DNA of 53,258 bases from Bacilli bacterium (GTDB lineage: Bacteria > Bacillota_I > Bacilli_A > RFN20 > CAG-826), in the NCBI GenBank assembly GCA_041652475.1, contig JBAZHG010000004.1:1-53258 (forward strand). Reading direction: 5' to 3'. Both the position numbers and the translations under genes were made by a program. The notes under the pieces were generated by a model. That model was not told the DNA's origin. It made no database searches and saw only the letters and a program-made list of their open reading frames with translations. Shown piece after piece: positions 8,518 to 17,956 of the stretch; the stretch's first letter is position 1; every line of letters begins with the position of its first letter.

Positions 8518-9161
8518 CGGTATTGACCTTTTAAGATTTTATCATGCTCAGAGCGATAATCAGGATAGTATTGGGTCAAAATCTCATAAAACTTTTTCGA
8601 ATGGTCGAAAGCGAAATGATGGGCCAGTTCATGGACGACGACCGCATCGATGATCGGAATCGCGTAATGGATCAAGCGCAAGGCCAAGGTAATGCTGTGC
8701 CGGGTCTTGTTGTTGCTGCCGAGACGGCCTTTCATCTTACGGACGACGACCTCGTAAGGCCGGTCGACCCCCATCACCCGTTCGTAATGACGGATTCGTT
8801 TGGTGAAAAACAGTTCGGCTTTCTTTCGCAGTTCTTTTTGGAAATCGGCGGCGAGATAATCGTCGAGGGGATCCGGGAAGATCGTCGATAGATACGCATC
8901 ATGGTTACCGGCCTTGTGGCCGAGAAAGTACACGTGGCGGCTGGAGATGGCTTCATCTTTGATCAGCAGCGGTTTCAATTTTGGCCAATGCTTGGTGACC
9001 GTGCTTTTGATGATCGAAAGCGGGACCCCAATCGGGGCATGGACGATGAGGCGGCCGGGTTCCGGCTTGATGGTGATCCGGCGCATGGCCTTGCGGGTCA
9101 AGACGACCGGAAAGCGGCGTCCCTCGCATTCGATTTCGGTCATAGATTTCATGCCCTTCAT
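8514..9161 (-). CDS. YgjP/DUF45-family (SprT/WLM-like) zinc metallopeptidase
   Basis: It carries the HELAHHFAFDHSKKFY zinc motif (HExxH). The track ORF (to 9350) is trimmed because its 5' part overlaps the opposite-strand gene at 9208. Start candidates are the ATGs at 9161, 9152 and 9143; 9143 has the best SD-like GAAGGG. Confidence 0.7.
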   Translation of the reverse strand: MKGMKSMTEIECEGRRFPVVLTRKAMRRITIKPEPGRLIVHAPIGVPLSIIKSTVTKHWPKLKPLLIKDEAISSRHVYFLGHKAGNHDAYLSTIFPDPLDDYLAADFQKELRKKAELFFTKRIRHYERVMGVDRPYEVVVRKMKGRLGSNNKTRHSITLALRLIHYAIPIIDAVVVHELAHHFAFDHSKKFYEILTQYYPDYRSEHDKILKGQYR

Positions 9162-9207
9162 TTTAACAAGTTTCGAAGGCGGCGTCTCGTGGTAATATAA
9201 TGTCATC

Positions 9208-9699
9208 ATGAAATTGACCGTCCGCCAAATGACTTTAGCCGCGCTATTGACCGCCTTGACCTTCGTTTTGACGGCGTTCGTCCATGTACCACTCAGCATA
9301 GGATACTTCAATCTCGGGGATATCATCGTCTTGTTCTCGGCCATCTTCATCCATCCGATCTTCGGAGCCTTCGTCGGAGCGATCGGGGCCAGTTTGGCCG
9401 ATCTTTACGGGGGCTACTTGTTCTTCATCCCGTTCACCATCGGGGCCAAAGCCCTCGAGGCGATCGTGGCCGGATATTTGTTCCGCAAGATAAAAACCCC
9501 ATATTCCTATGGGGCTTTATTGATCGGGGCGGCCTTGATGGTGGCCACTTATGCCGTCAGTTATTTAATCTTCGATCCGACCGGAGCCATGCTCGCGGCC
9601 ACGATCCCGTTCGATTCGTTGCAGGGATTGGCCGGGGCCACCGGGGCGGCGCTATTATACATCGCCATCGCCCCGCATCGGGCCCGGCTGCGCCTTTAG
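9208..9699 (+). CDS. ECF-transporter S-component-like integral membrane protein (substrate unknown)
   Basis: 163 aa with about 5-6 predicted TM helices, Gly/Ala-rich. The N-terminus TLAALLTALTFVLTAFVHVPLSIGYFNLGD resembles PF12822-type S components. No adjacent ECF A/T genes or riboswitch. Confidence 0.5.
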   Translation: MKLTVRQMTLAALLTALTFVLTAFVHVPLSIGYFNLGDIIVLFSAIFIHPIFGAFVGAIGASLADLYGGYLFFIPFTIGAKALEAIVAGYLFRKIKTPYSYGALLIGAALMVATYAVSYLIFDPTGAMLAATIPFDSLQGLAGATGAALLYIAIAPHRARLRL

Positions 9700-10784
9700 C
9701 GGAATTTCGTTTCTTTAAGTTCCTTGACGACGTTGGCGTCGATCGCCTGAACCAGTTTCGTCAATAAATCGACCGTGGCTACATAGTCGTCGTAGTTGAT
9801 GATCGAGACGTGGCTGTGGTAATAGCGGCACGGAATCGAAAGGGTCATGGTCACCACCCCGTCGAATTGTTTGTGGATTTCCCCGCTGTCGGTCCCGCCG
9901 GCGGTCATGATGTCATAGGTGTACTTAACGTTATTCTCTTTGGCGATTTTTTCGACAAAGTCGAAGAGGCCCCGGTGGGCAATCACGCTCCCGTCCATGA
10001 TCGACAGGGCGACGCCGGCCCCGAGTTTGGTGTCGTTTTTGGGGCTGGTCGGCAGATCGTAGCTCATCGTGACGTCGATGGCAAAGGCGATGTCCGGCTT
10101 GACGTGGTAGGCGGCCGTCCGCGCGCCGCGGAGCCCGACTTCTTCTTGGACGGTGCCGGCGGCCACGACCGTGGCTTTATGCTTGATTCCTTTGAGGTTG
10201 CGCAGGGCTTCAATTCCGGCGGCGACCCCGAGGCGGTTGTCCCAGGCTTTCCCGAGCAGGCTCTTGCCGTCGTTTAAGACCCGGAATTCGGTATATGGGG
10301 TAATCATGTCCCCGATTTTGATGCCAAGGGCTTCGACCATGGCTTTGTCGGTGACCCCCAAATCGAGGTACATGTCTTTGATTTCGAGCACTTGCTTGCG
10401 CATTTCCGGGGACATGCCGTGGGGCGGCTGGGCCCCGATGACGCCGGTGATCCGTTTGCCGGACCTGGTCGTGATCGTCATCACCTGAGCCAAGATGACA
10501 TGGCCCCACCAGCCGCCGAGCGGATGGATGCGGATCATGCCCGAATCTTCGATTTTGTGGACCACGAAGCCGACTTCGTCCATGTGGCCCGATAGGAGGA
10601 TGGTCGGTTGTCCCGGATCGCCTTCCTTGTAGGCGAGGAAACTGCCGAGGTTGTCGAATTCGACCCGATCGGCATAGCCTTCGACCATCTTGGTGGCCAG
10701 CTGGGCGACTTCCTTCTCGTGGCCGGGGATGCCATTCGCTTCGCTGAATTGTTTCAAAAAGCTCAAACGTTCTTCTCTTGTCAT
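9696..10784 (-). CDS. M42-family metallo-aminopeptidase (glutamyl aminopeptidase/YsdC-like), copy 1
   Basis: 362 aa. Family-typical motifs: NGIPGHEKEVA, LSGHMDEVGFVV, KAWDNRLG, QEEVGLRGA, GGTDSG. Confidence 0.85.
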   Translation of the reverse strand: MTREERLSFLKQFSEANGIPGHEKEVAQLATKMVEGYADRVEFDNLGSFLAYKEGDPGQPTILLSGHMDEVGFVVHKIEDSGMIRIHPLGGWWGHVILAQVMTITTRSGKRITGVIGAQPPHGMSPEMRKQVLEIKDMYLDLGVTDKAMVEALGIKIGDMITPYTEFRVLNDGKSLLGKAWDNRLGVAAGIEALRNLKGIKHKATVVAAGTVQEEVGLRGARTAAYHVKPDIAFAIDVTMSYDLPTSPKNDTKLGAGVALSIMDGSVIAHRGLFDFVEKIAKENNVKYTYDIMTAGGTDSGEIHKQFDGVVTMTLSIPCRYYHSHVSIINYDDYVATVDLLTKLVQAIDANVVKELKETKFR

Positions 10785-10817
10785 GTTGTTTCTCCTGTGA
10801 TGGAAGTAATTATACCA

Positions 10818-11309
10818 TCAATACTTTTCGGTTTGGCGCCGGTAATTGACGCCCAGTTTCTTGTAATAGGCGTCGGCGACTTGCGTTGGGGTGACGTCCA
10901 AGAGGGCGCTGAAGTCGAGATAGCCTTGAAACGCTGCTTCGAAATGCTCGATCGTGAAATCCTGCGCCAGGACGTCGATCAGATGATAAGTGGTCAAGAC
11001 CTGTTCGACCATGTCACGCGAAGGCCGGGTGATTTCATAAATCGTCTTCTGGCTCCCGATGGCGATTCCAAGCGAGAGGAAAAAGTGCATTCCGTCGGCA
11101 TACTCGTCCATGATGACTTCTAAGGGCGAGGGTCCCTTGAGCGACCAAAACTTGAAGGCCCGGGTCTCGTTGGCCAATTCGCCGAGTTCGACGAGGAGCG
11201 CCAAAAGGCGACGGCGCCGCGTCGAGGGATAATCGAGCCCGTGGTTGGCCTGGATGTGGGCATCGAGCTCCTTTTGTTTGGCAAATAGATCCGACAGTTC
11301 GATTTTCAT
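10818..11309 (-). CDS. Dimeric (all-alpha, dUTPase_2 family) dUTP diphosphatase-like protein
   Basis: 163 aa. LFAKQKELDAHI...LLALLVELGELANETRAFKFW...DEYADGMHFFLSLG matches the pattern I recall for PF08761 dimeric dUTPases. Its start overlaps the glgP stop (ATGA). Confidence 0.6.
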   Translation of the reverse strand: MKIELSDLFAKQKELDAHIQANHGLDYPSTRRRRLLALLVELGELANETRAFKFWSLKGPSPLEVIMDEYADGMHFFLSLGIAIGSQKTIYEITRPSRDMVEQVLTTYHLIDVLAQDFTIEHFEAAFQGYLDFSALLDVTPTQVADAYYKKLGVNYRRQTEKY

Positions 11310-13711
11310 TTGACTTTTTCGAGGTGCCAGATGTCGGCGTTGTACTGCTCGATGGTGCGATCCGAACTGAAGAAGCCGGATTTGGCCAGGTTGACGAGGG
11401 CGCTCTTGGCCCAGGCCGACCGGTCCTCGTATTTGACGACCATATCTTCATGGGCTTTGACGTAGGCGTCGAAGTCCTTCAAGATGAAATATTCGTCGTT
11501 GTGGTACATCAATTCGTCGAAAATCGGCCGGAATTTGTCGGCGTTGCCGTCGCTCCAAGTGCCGTCGATCAAGGAATCGATGATGCGGTGGATCCGGAAA
11601 TCCTTGTTGTAGACGTCCCAGGGATTGTAGGACCCCTTGCGGCGCATCTCCTCGACTTCCGGGGCTTTGAGCCCGAAGATGACGGCGTGGTCCAATCCCA
11701 CGAGGCCCGAGATTTCGACGTTGGCCCCGTCGAGTGTCCCCAAGGTCACGGCCCCGTTCATCATGAACTTCATGTTGCCGGTCCCGCTGGCTTCCTTGCC
11801 GGCGGTGCTGATCTGCTCGGAGACGTCGGTGGCCGGGATGATCATTTCGGCCAGGCTGACGCCATAGTTCTCGATGAAGACCACTTTCATATACGGGGAT
11901 ACGTCGGGATCGCGGTTGACCCGTTCGGCCACGGCGTTGATCAGTTCGATGATCTTCTTGGCGTAGACGTAACTGGGCGCCGCCTTGGCTCCGAAAATAA
12001 AGGTCTGCGGGTGGATTCTGAAGAAAGAATCGTCTTTCATCCGAATGTACAAATACATGATGTGGAAGAGATTCATCAATTGGCGTTTGTAGGCATGGAG
12101 CCGTTTCACCTGGACGTCATAGATTGAATTGGTGTCCAGTTCGATCTTGGTCTTGGTTTTGACATAATCGGCCAGGGCGACTTTCATCTCGTGTTTGATG
12201 GCCAGGAAGCGTTTTTGGACCTCCTTGTCCTCGGCGAATGGCAGGAACTTTTCGAGTTGGCTCGGGTCGTGGATCCAGCCGTCGCCGATTTTCTCGCTGA
12301 CGAGGGCGGCCAGCTTCGGGTTGGCGTACAGGAACCAGCGCCGGTGGGTGATGCCGTTGGTCTTGTTGTTGAATTTTTCGGGGAAGAACTTGTAAAAATC
12401 AGAAAAGGTGTCCTTCTTCAATATTTCGGTGTGCAAGGCGGCCACGCCGTTGACCGAGAAGGTCGTGTACAAGGCCAGGTTCGTCATGTGGACCATCCCG
12501 TCGCGGAGGATGGCCATGTTGCGCTTGGCATCGTCGTTGACGCCGATGTCGTTGTAATGGATCTGGCTCCGGCGATGGATCTCCTCGATGATCATGTAGC
12601 AGCGGGGAATCAGCTGCTGGACGTAATGGACCGGCCATTTTTCGAGGGCTTCGGCCATGGTCGTATGGTTGGTGTAGGCCATGCAACGGGTCACTTGGTA
12701 CCAGGCATTGTCCCAAGAATAACCGTATTCGTCGATTAAAAGGCGCATGAATTCGGGAATGGCCAAAATCGGGTGGGTGTCATTCAATTGGAAGACGAAG
12801 TATTTGTAAAAATCCTTCAATGATTTATAGCGTCGAAAATGGCCCCGCATCGCCGATTGGAGTCCGGCCGAAACGAGAAAATACTGCTGGCGCAACCGGA
12901 GGATGCGGCCGTGCTCGGTCGTGTCGTCGGGATAAAGGCCGTGCGTCAGTTCGCGAACGGTTTGCAGGTATTCTTCAAATCTTTGGTTGATCGGAAGGTT
13001 TTCCTCGCTGGGTTCGGCGCTCCAAAGCCGCAGGTAATTGGACACGTGGTTGCGGTAGCCGACCACCGACATGTCGTAGGGAACCGCCTTGATGCAAACG
13101 GCGTTGGCGGTCCGGATGGCGTAGCCCCCGTCGGGTTTGATGTAGGTTTCGGCGTTGCCGTAGAACTTGACTTCGACGGCGTGCTTCAGTTTGCGGACTT
13201 CCCAGACGTTGCCGTTGACGAGCCATTGGTCGGGAACCTCGACTTGGCGTCCGTCGACGATCTTCTGCTTGAAGAAGCCGTATTCATAGCGGATGCAGTT
13301 GCCGTGGCCCGGATATCCGAGCGAGGCGATGCTGTCGAGAAAGCAGGCGGCCAGGCGGCCAAGGCCGCCGTTGCCGAGCCCGGCATCGGTTTCCAGGATT
13401 TCGAGTTCATGGATGTCGACCCCGAGTTCTTTAAGGCCTTGCTTGGCCGTCTCGTAGATGCCGAGGTTCTGCATGTTGTTGACCATCAGCCGGCCAATCA
13501 AAAACTCCATCGAGAAGTAAATCAACTGTTTCTGGCCGGTGACGAGGGTTTGTTCCCGGGTGCGGCGCCAATCTTTGCCGGCGAAATCGCGGACCATGCG
13601 CCCCAAAATGTCGTAGCGCTCGGTGATGTGGCTGTTTTTAACGTCGCGGCCGTATTTTTCAATCAGCCGCGTTTCGAATTCCTTTTTGAACTCAACGATC
13701 GAATCGAACAT
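11306..13711 (-). CDS. glgP: Glycogen/maltodextrin phosphorylase
   Basis: 801 aa. Typical GT35 sequence: FSMEFLIGR, GLGNGGLGRLAACF, and the PLP-lysine region EQISTAGKEASGTGNMKFMMNGA. Confidence 0.93.
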   Translation of the reverse strand: MFDSIVEFKKEFETRLIEKYGRDVKNSHITERYDILGRMVRDFAGKDWRRTREQTLVTGQKQLIYFSMEFLIGRLMVNNMQNLGIYETAKQGLKELGVDIHELEILETDAGLGNGGLGRLAACFLDSIASLGYPGHGNCIRYEYGFFKQKIVDGRQVEVPDQWLVNGNVWEVRKLKHAVEVKFYGNAETYIKPDGGYAIRTANAVCIKAVPYDMSVVGYRNHVSNYLRLWSAEPSEENLPINQRFEEYLQTVRELTHGLYPDDTTEHGRILRLRQQYFLVSAGLQSAMRGHFRRYKSLKDFYKYFVFQLNDTHPILAIPEFMRLLIDEYGYSWDNAWYQVTRCMAYTNHTTMAEALEKWPVHYVQQLIPRCYMIIEEIHRRSQIHYNDIGVNDDAKRNMAILRDGMVHMTNLALYTTFSVNGVAALHTEILKKDTFSDFYKFFPEKFNNKTNGITHRRWFLYANPKLAALVSEKIGDGWIHDPSQLEKFLPFAEDKEVQKRFLAIKHEMKVALADYVKTKTKIELDTNSIYDVQVKRLHAYKRQLMNLFHIMYLYIRMKDDSFFRIHPQTFIFGAKAAPSYVYAKKIIELINAVAERVNRDPDVSPYMKVVFIENYGVSLAEMIIPATDVSEQISTAGKEASGTGNMKFMMNGAVTLGTLDGANVEISGLVGLDHAVIFGLKAPEVEEMRRKGSYNPWDVYNKDFRIHRIIDSLIDGTWSDGNADKFRPIFDELMYHNDEYFILKDFDAYVKAHEDMVVKYEDRSAWAKSALVNLAKSGFFSSDRTIEQYNADIWHLEKVK

Positions 13712-13720
13712 GTTCGCTCC

Positions 13721-15601
13721 TTATTCTTCCTCGTGGTATTTGAGGATCAGGGCCCCGAAACTGGCCAGCTTGATCGTCAAGCTGTGGGGCCGCTCCTCGG
13801 GTCCCGGCGTTTCATAGGTCTCAAGCGAGGCCCCGTTGTATTGGTTCCAGCCGCCATAGACGTCCTTGTCGGAGTTGAAAATCTCGACATAGGTGCCGGG
13901 CCGGGTGACGCCAATGTTGTAATTATAGTAGAAATTCCCGGTCATGTTGAAGACGAAAATCAAATGGCTGGGCCCGACGCGGCGTTCGAAGGCGAAGACG
14001 CTTTGCTCGGCGTTGTCGACCATGAGCCAATTGAAATGGCGCGAATTGTACTCCTCGACGTGCAGGGCCGGCTCGGCTTGATAAATCAAGTTCAAATCGC
14101 GGACCAAGCGGGCGATCGAGTCGTGCTTGGGGTAGGATTTGAGGTTCCATGGCAGCGACCGCTGCTCGTTCCATTCGTCGAAACTGGCCAGTTCGTTGCC
14201 CATGAAGTTGAGTTTCTTGCCCGGATGGGCGTATTGGTAGGCGAAGAGGTTCCGCAGCAAGGCGAATTTGGTGTCGTAATCGCCCCACATCTTGTTGATG
14301 ATGGTCCCCTTGCCGTGGACGACTTCGTCGTGTGAAAGGGGCAGAAGGAAGTTTTCCGAATAGAAATACGCCATCGAGAAGGTGATTTTGCTATGCTCGT
14401 ATTTCTTGAAAATCGGGTCTTTGGAATAGTACTTCAAAGTATCGTTCATCCAACCCATGTCCCATTTGTAATCGAAACCGAGGCCGCCGTGCTCCAGCGG
14501 GCGGGTGACCCCCGGATGGGCGGTCGAATCCTCGGCGATCATCATCACTTGGGGATGGGCGAAATGGATCTTGCCGTTGAGGCGTTTGATGAACTCGATG
14601 GCGCCGGCGTTTTCGCCTTTGCTCGAGTCGCCGTCCCAGTAGATGATGTTGCTGACGGCGTCGACCCGGATCCCGTCGAAATGGAAATATTCAAGGAAAT
14701 AGTTGACGCCGCTCATCAGGAAACTGCGGATCGGGTCTTTGCCTAGGTCGAATTGGGGCGAACCCCATTGGCTGAACGTGTTCTTGCCGTCGGCGTATTC
14801 GTACATCCGGGTCCCGTCAAACTCGATCAGGGCGTGGTGGTCGCCGGCAAAATGGACCAAGACGTAATCGAGGATGACCCCGAACCCGGCCTGGTGCATC
14901 CGATCGACGAACGACATCAGTTGCATCGGGTTGCCATAACGGGAATCGACTGAGTAAAAACCGGTGGCCTGATAACCCCACGAACCGTCAAACGGGTATT
15001 GGGTGATCGGCATGATCTCGACGTGGGTGAAGCCATGGTCGCGCAGGTAGGGAATTAGGTGATCGGCGATTTCCTCATAGCTGAGGTTGCGGCCGTCGAT
15101 GGCTCCCTTCCAGGAACCGAGGTGAATCTCGTAGATGCTCATGGGGCGGTCGAATTGCCGCGAACGGGCGTTCAAATGCTCGCCGTCGTGCCAAAGGAAA
15201 TTTTCAACGTCAAAGAGGCGCGAGCAGGTGTTGGGCCGGTACTCGCTGCAGAAGGCGAAGGGGTCGGCCTTGTCGATATAAACGCCTTTAGCGTTTTGAA
15301 AATGGTATTTATATGATTGGTAATTGATCAGCCCGGGGATGAAAAGCTCATAGACTCCGGCGTCGTCGACGCGGGCCATCTTGTGGGACCCGGGATTCCA
15401 GTCGTTCCATTCGCCGATGACGCTGACGTCAGTGGCGTTGGGAGCATAGAGCCGGAAGACGACTCCCGGTTCCCTAATCGTTTTCACGCGTCCATTTTTG
15501 TATTTTTGACTCGTCTCCCGCGTGATGAAATGGGCTCCGAAGTAACGATAAGCTTCGATTGATTGTCCTAATAGATAATCGTAAAGAATGCCGTAAGCCA
15601 T
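13721..15601 (-). CDS. glgB: 1,4-alpha-glucan branching enzyme
   Basis: GH13 motifs are present (GVILDYVLVHF, DGIRVDAV, IAEDST, LSHDEV). The start is moved from the TTG at 15619 to the ATG at 15601 (MAYGILYDY), which is preceded by GGGGGTGG. Confidence 0.92.
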   Translation of the reverse strand: MAYGILYDYLLGQSIEAYRYFGAHFITRETSQKYKNGRVKTIREPGVVFRLYAPNATDVSVIGEWNDWNPGSHKMARVDDAGVYELFIPGLINYQSYKYHFQNAKGVYIDKADPFAFCSEYRPNTCSRLFDVENFLWHDGEHLNARSRQFDRPMSIYEIHLGSWKGAIDGRNLSYEEIADHLIPYLRDHGFTHVEIMPITQYPFDGSWGYQATGFYSVDSRYGNPMQLMSFVDRMHQAGFGVILDYVLVHFAGDHHALIEFDGTRMYEYADGKNTFSQWGSPQFDLGKDPIRSFLMSGVNYFLEYFHFDGIRVDAVSNIIYWDGDSSKGENAGAIEFIKRLNGKIHFAHPQVMMIAEDSTAHPGVTRPLEHGGLGFDYKWDMGWMNDTLKYYSKDPIFKKYEHSKITFSMAYFYSENFLLPLSHDEVVHGKGTIINKMWGDYDTKFALLRNLFAYQYAHPGKKLNFMGNELASFDEWNEQRSLPWNLKSYPKHDSIARLVRDLNLIYQAEPALHVEEYNSRHFNWLMVDNAEQSVFAFERRVGPSHLIFVFNMTGNFYYNYNIGVTRPGTYVEIFNSDKDVYGGWNQYNGASLETYETPGPEERPHSLTIKLASFGALILKYHEEE

Positions 15602-15687
15602 GGGACCACCCCCCGTCAATCATATTAATTATACAAAACGCGTCTCTTCATTCCTATGAAAAGCGCACCGAAAGGGCGGATATTTCC

Positions 15688-15716
15688 TTGCTAAAAAGGG
15701 TCTAATCCACTAATAT
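15688..15716 (+). promoter_or_regulatory. Candidate sigma-A promoter of ackA (-35 TTGCTA, 17 nt, -10 TAATAT)
   Basis: The hexamers at 15688-15693 and 15711-15716 have a consensus-like 17-nt spacing, about 25 nt upstream of the ackA RBS AAGGAG. Confidence 0.4.
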
Positions 15717-15741
15717 TTTAATGTTGCCAAGGAGTACAGCC

Positions 15742-16935
15742 ATGGGAAAAATCCTCGCCGTCAATGCCGGTTCCTCGAGCCTGAAGTTCAAATTATTCGA
15801 AATGCCCTCGGAGCAAGTCGTCTGTTCGGGCATGGCCGACCGGATCGGTCATGACGACGGCATCTTCAAGATCGAATTCGGATCCCAAAAAATCCGCGAG
15901 GTCCATCCCCTCCCGAACCACGCCGTCGGCGTCGAACTCTTGCTAAAGGCCTTGGTTGACAACCACATCATCGCCAATTACGAAGAAATCGTCGGGATCG
16001 GCCACCGGGTCGTCCAAGGCGGGAAATATTACGCCAAGAGCACCATCTTTGACGAAGCCTGCGCCGCCAACATCGAAGCCTTGATCCCGCTCGCTCCCTT
16101 GCACAACAAACCAAACCTGGTCGGCTACCAAGCCTTCAAGACGATCCTTCCAAGCGTCGGCCACGTGGCCGTGTTCGACACCGCCTTCCACCAAACGATG
16201 GAACCGCAGGATTACCTCTTTCCGATTCCGTATGAGTATTACGAGCAATACGACATCCGCCGCTACGGTTTCCACGGCACCTCGCACCAGTACTTGGCTA
16301 ACGAGGGCATCAAGCTCTTGAACTATCCGGCCCATTCAAGGATAATCTCCTGCCACATCGGCTCGGGGGCTTCGATCACCGCCGTCAAAGACGGCAAGTG
16401 CGTGGCCACGACCATGGGTTTGACCCCGCTCGGCGGGTTGATGATGGGCACGCGAACCGGGGACATCGATCCTTCGGTTTTGCATTTTGCCGCCCTGCGC
16501 AGCGGAAAAACCCATGAACAGATGTATGAAATCTTCAATAAAAAATCCGGCCTTCTCGGCGTTTCGGGCATTTCCAACGATACCCGCGAAATCGAGGAGG
16601 AAGTATACAAAGGCAATCCGCGCGCCATCTTGACGAGCCAACTGTTCGTGCGCCGCATCGCCGATTATATCGGCCAGTATTTCGTCCGCCTGGGCGGCGC
16701 CGATTTGATTATCTTCTCGGCCGGAGTCGGCGAAAACGCCGGTTTCTACCGGGCGATGATTCTCGAGGAGATCAAAAGCGCGCTTCGAATCGAATACGAC
16801 GCCGAATTGAACCTGCCGCTACGCGGCAAAAAAGCCATCATCTCGACGCCGGAAAGCGCCATCGCCGTCGCCGTGATTCCTACCGACGAAGAAGTGATGA
16901 TCGCCCGCGACACCTACCGGATTCTCAGCGAATAG
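15742..16935 (+). CDS. ackA: Acetate kinase
   Basis: MGKILAVNAGSSSLKFKLF is the canonical AckA N-terminus. Also present are FHGTSHQY and EEVMIARDT. The start is trimmed to the ATG at 15742, behind AAGGAG. Confidence 0.95.
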   Translation: MGKILAVNAGSSSLKFKLFEMPSEQVVCSGMADRIGHDDGIFKIEFGSQKIREVHPLPNHAVGVELLLKALVDNHIIANYEEIVGIGHRVVQGGKYYAKSTIFDEACAANIEALIPLAPLHNKPNLVGYQAFKTILPSVGHVAVFDTAFHQTMEPQDYLFPIPYEYYEQYDIRRYGFHGTSHQYLANEGIKLLNYPAHSRIISCHIGSGASITAVKDGKCVATTMGLTPLGGLMMGTRTGDIDPSVLHFAALRSGKTHEQMYEIFNKKSGLLGVSGISNDTREIEEEVYKGNPRAILTSQLFVRRIADYIGQYFVRLGGADLIIFSAGVGENAGFYRAMILEEIKSALRIEYDAELNLPLRGKKAIISTPESAIAVAVIPTDEEVMIARDTYRILSE

Positions 16936-17851
16936 TCGACTGTATGTTTATACGCAAAGATTCAGGTTTCGGCCTGGGTCTTTTTTTCTTGAATCGAGTT
17001 CCGTAGGCCAATCCGAGAAGCGCGCCGCAACAAGCCCCGACATCCGGTAATCCCAAAGCTTTGATTGCGTTATGAAATTGGCGTTTGCTCTTGGCCTGGA
17101 TTGTTTGCCATAACGTCATCAAGACGGTATCCACGACGTAAGTCGAGTGATGGAGTTCGCGGGCTTGGGCTTCTTCAAGATGCAGGCGTCCCAAGCGATT
17201 GGTTTGCAGCAGGGCATAATGACCGGTTTCGCCCCGATATTCGACTTGCAAGTTATAGAAATCAAAGGTTTTTTTGACAGCAAGACGAAGTGCGATCAGC
17301 AAACGCCTCGCGGTCAGAGTTCGTTTTATTTTTCGTCGAGCCAAGATGATTTCGTTGGCGACCGAAACCAATAACCCGGCCCCGACGCTGGCCCGGCGAT
17401 GACCGACGCTTAAAGTCGTCAATTGATGGATCAGGTCGTAACGAGCCGCGATCGTCCGGGGCTTTTTCGCTTCATATCGGGCAAAACGGAAAGCCAAAGG
17501 CATCAAGCGGACGAGATTGCTCGAATCAATCATCAATTCGTTGCCTGTGGCAACAGCGGATGACTTTTCATCTATAATGAAACCCGTTAATTCCTGATTA
17601 ATCCATATGCGATTTTCATCGTGAGCGCCATTCTCAAAGTAATGCCTTCGATACTGCGTCAGGAGGTCGTTCCTGAGGATTGGTTTCCGATCGTCGATCA
17701 GTTCCTGCAAGCACAAAGCGGCCGCGGTCAAGTCCGGCCAGGAAGGAAGTCCAAGCAAATCTTGGGCTGAAGGCTTCTGAAAAGAAGCTGAACCATCCCG
17801 TTCTCCTTCGGCCATCAAGGCGAAAAATTCCGTTTTCAGGCGTTTTTTCAT
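16925..17851 (-). CDS. Hypothetical protein, ADP-ribosylglycohydrolase (ARH/DraG)-fold-like with degenerate metal-binding motifs
   Basis: This is the only long ORF in a 0.95-kb gap and is visibly more AT-rich than its neighbours. The C-terminal block YVVDTVLMTLWQTIQ...FHNAIKALGLPDVGACCGALLGLAYG parallels the ARH-family pattern ...Y..DT...A.W.....F..A...AVN.GGDTDT.AAIAG.L.GA.YG. The N-terminal LLGLPSWPDL parallels LLG.A.GDALG. The start is trimmed to MKKRLKTEFF (17851), because the longer track ORF overlaps nrnA and its promoter. Confidence 0.45.
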   Translation of the reverse strand: MKKRLKTEFFALMAEGERDGSASFQKPSAQDLLGLPSWPDLTAAALCLQELIDDRKPILRNDLLTQYRRHYFENGAHDENRIWINQELTGFIIDEKSSAVATGNELMIDSSNLVRLMPLAFRFARYEAKKPRTIAARYDLIHQLTTLSVGHRRASVGAGLLVSVANEIILARRKIKRTLTARRLLIALRLAVKKTFDFYNLQVEYRGETGHYALLQTNRLGRLHLEEAQARELHHSTYVVDTVLMTLWQTIQAKSKRQFHNAIKALGLPDVGACCGALLGLAYGTRFKKKRPRPKPESLRINIQSTIR

Positions 17852-17907
17852 CTTTCTCACAATAACATAAGCGCGCCGAGAAAATAAGAATGGCCAATCC
17901 AAATTAC

Positions 17908-17936
17908 TTGGTAATTGAACCCCGATGGCATACAAT
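17908..17936 (+). promoter_or_regulatory. Candidate promoter of nrnA (-35 TTGGTA, 17 nt, -10 TACAAT)
   Basis: Hexamers at 17908-17913 and 17931-17936, upstream of the GGAG RBS and the ATG at 17957. Confidence 0.4.
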
Positions 17937-17956
17937 TTGTCTATGGAGCGTGTCTT

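Noticed and set aside
9162-9350. N-terminal extension of the DUF45 metallopeptidase ORF
   Set aside because: It overlaps the start of the opposite-strand membrane protein gene (9208) and its promoter region. Family members normally begin close to the MTEIE.../RRITIKP segment.
12839-14335. 498-aa ORF on the plus strand spanning the glgP/glgB junction
   Set aside because: It is fully antisense to two well-supported genes. Its composition (V/D/G/A/F-rich, e.g. ...GVAVELDFDGVLQFADFPDVAVDEPLVGNLD...) is typical of the shadow frame of GC3-rich coding sequence. It has no recognisable motifs and no RBS.
15640-15690. Possible cre (CcpA) site upstream of ackA (ATGAAAAGCGCACCG)
   Set aside because: It does not fit WTGNAANCGNWNNCW when aligned position by position; the central CG is out of register. 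It is not reported as a feature.
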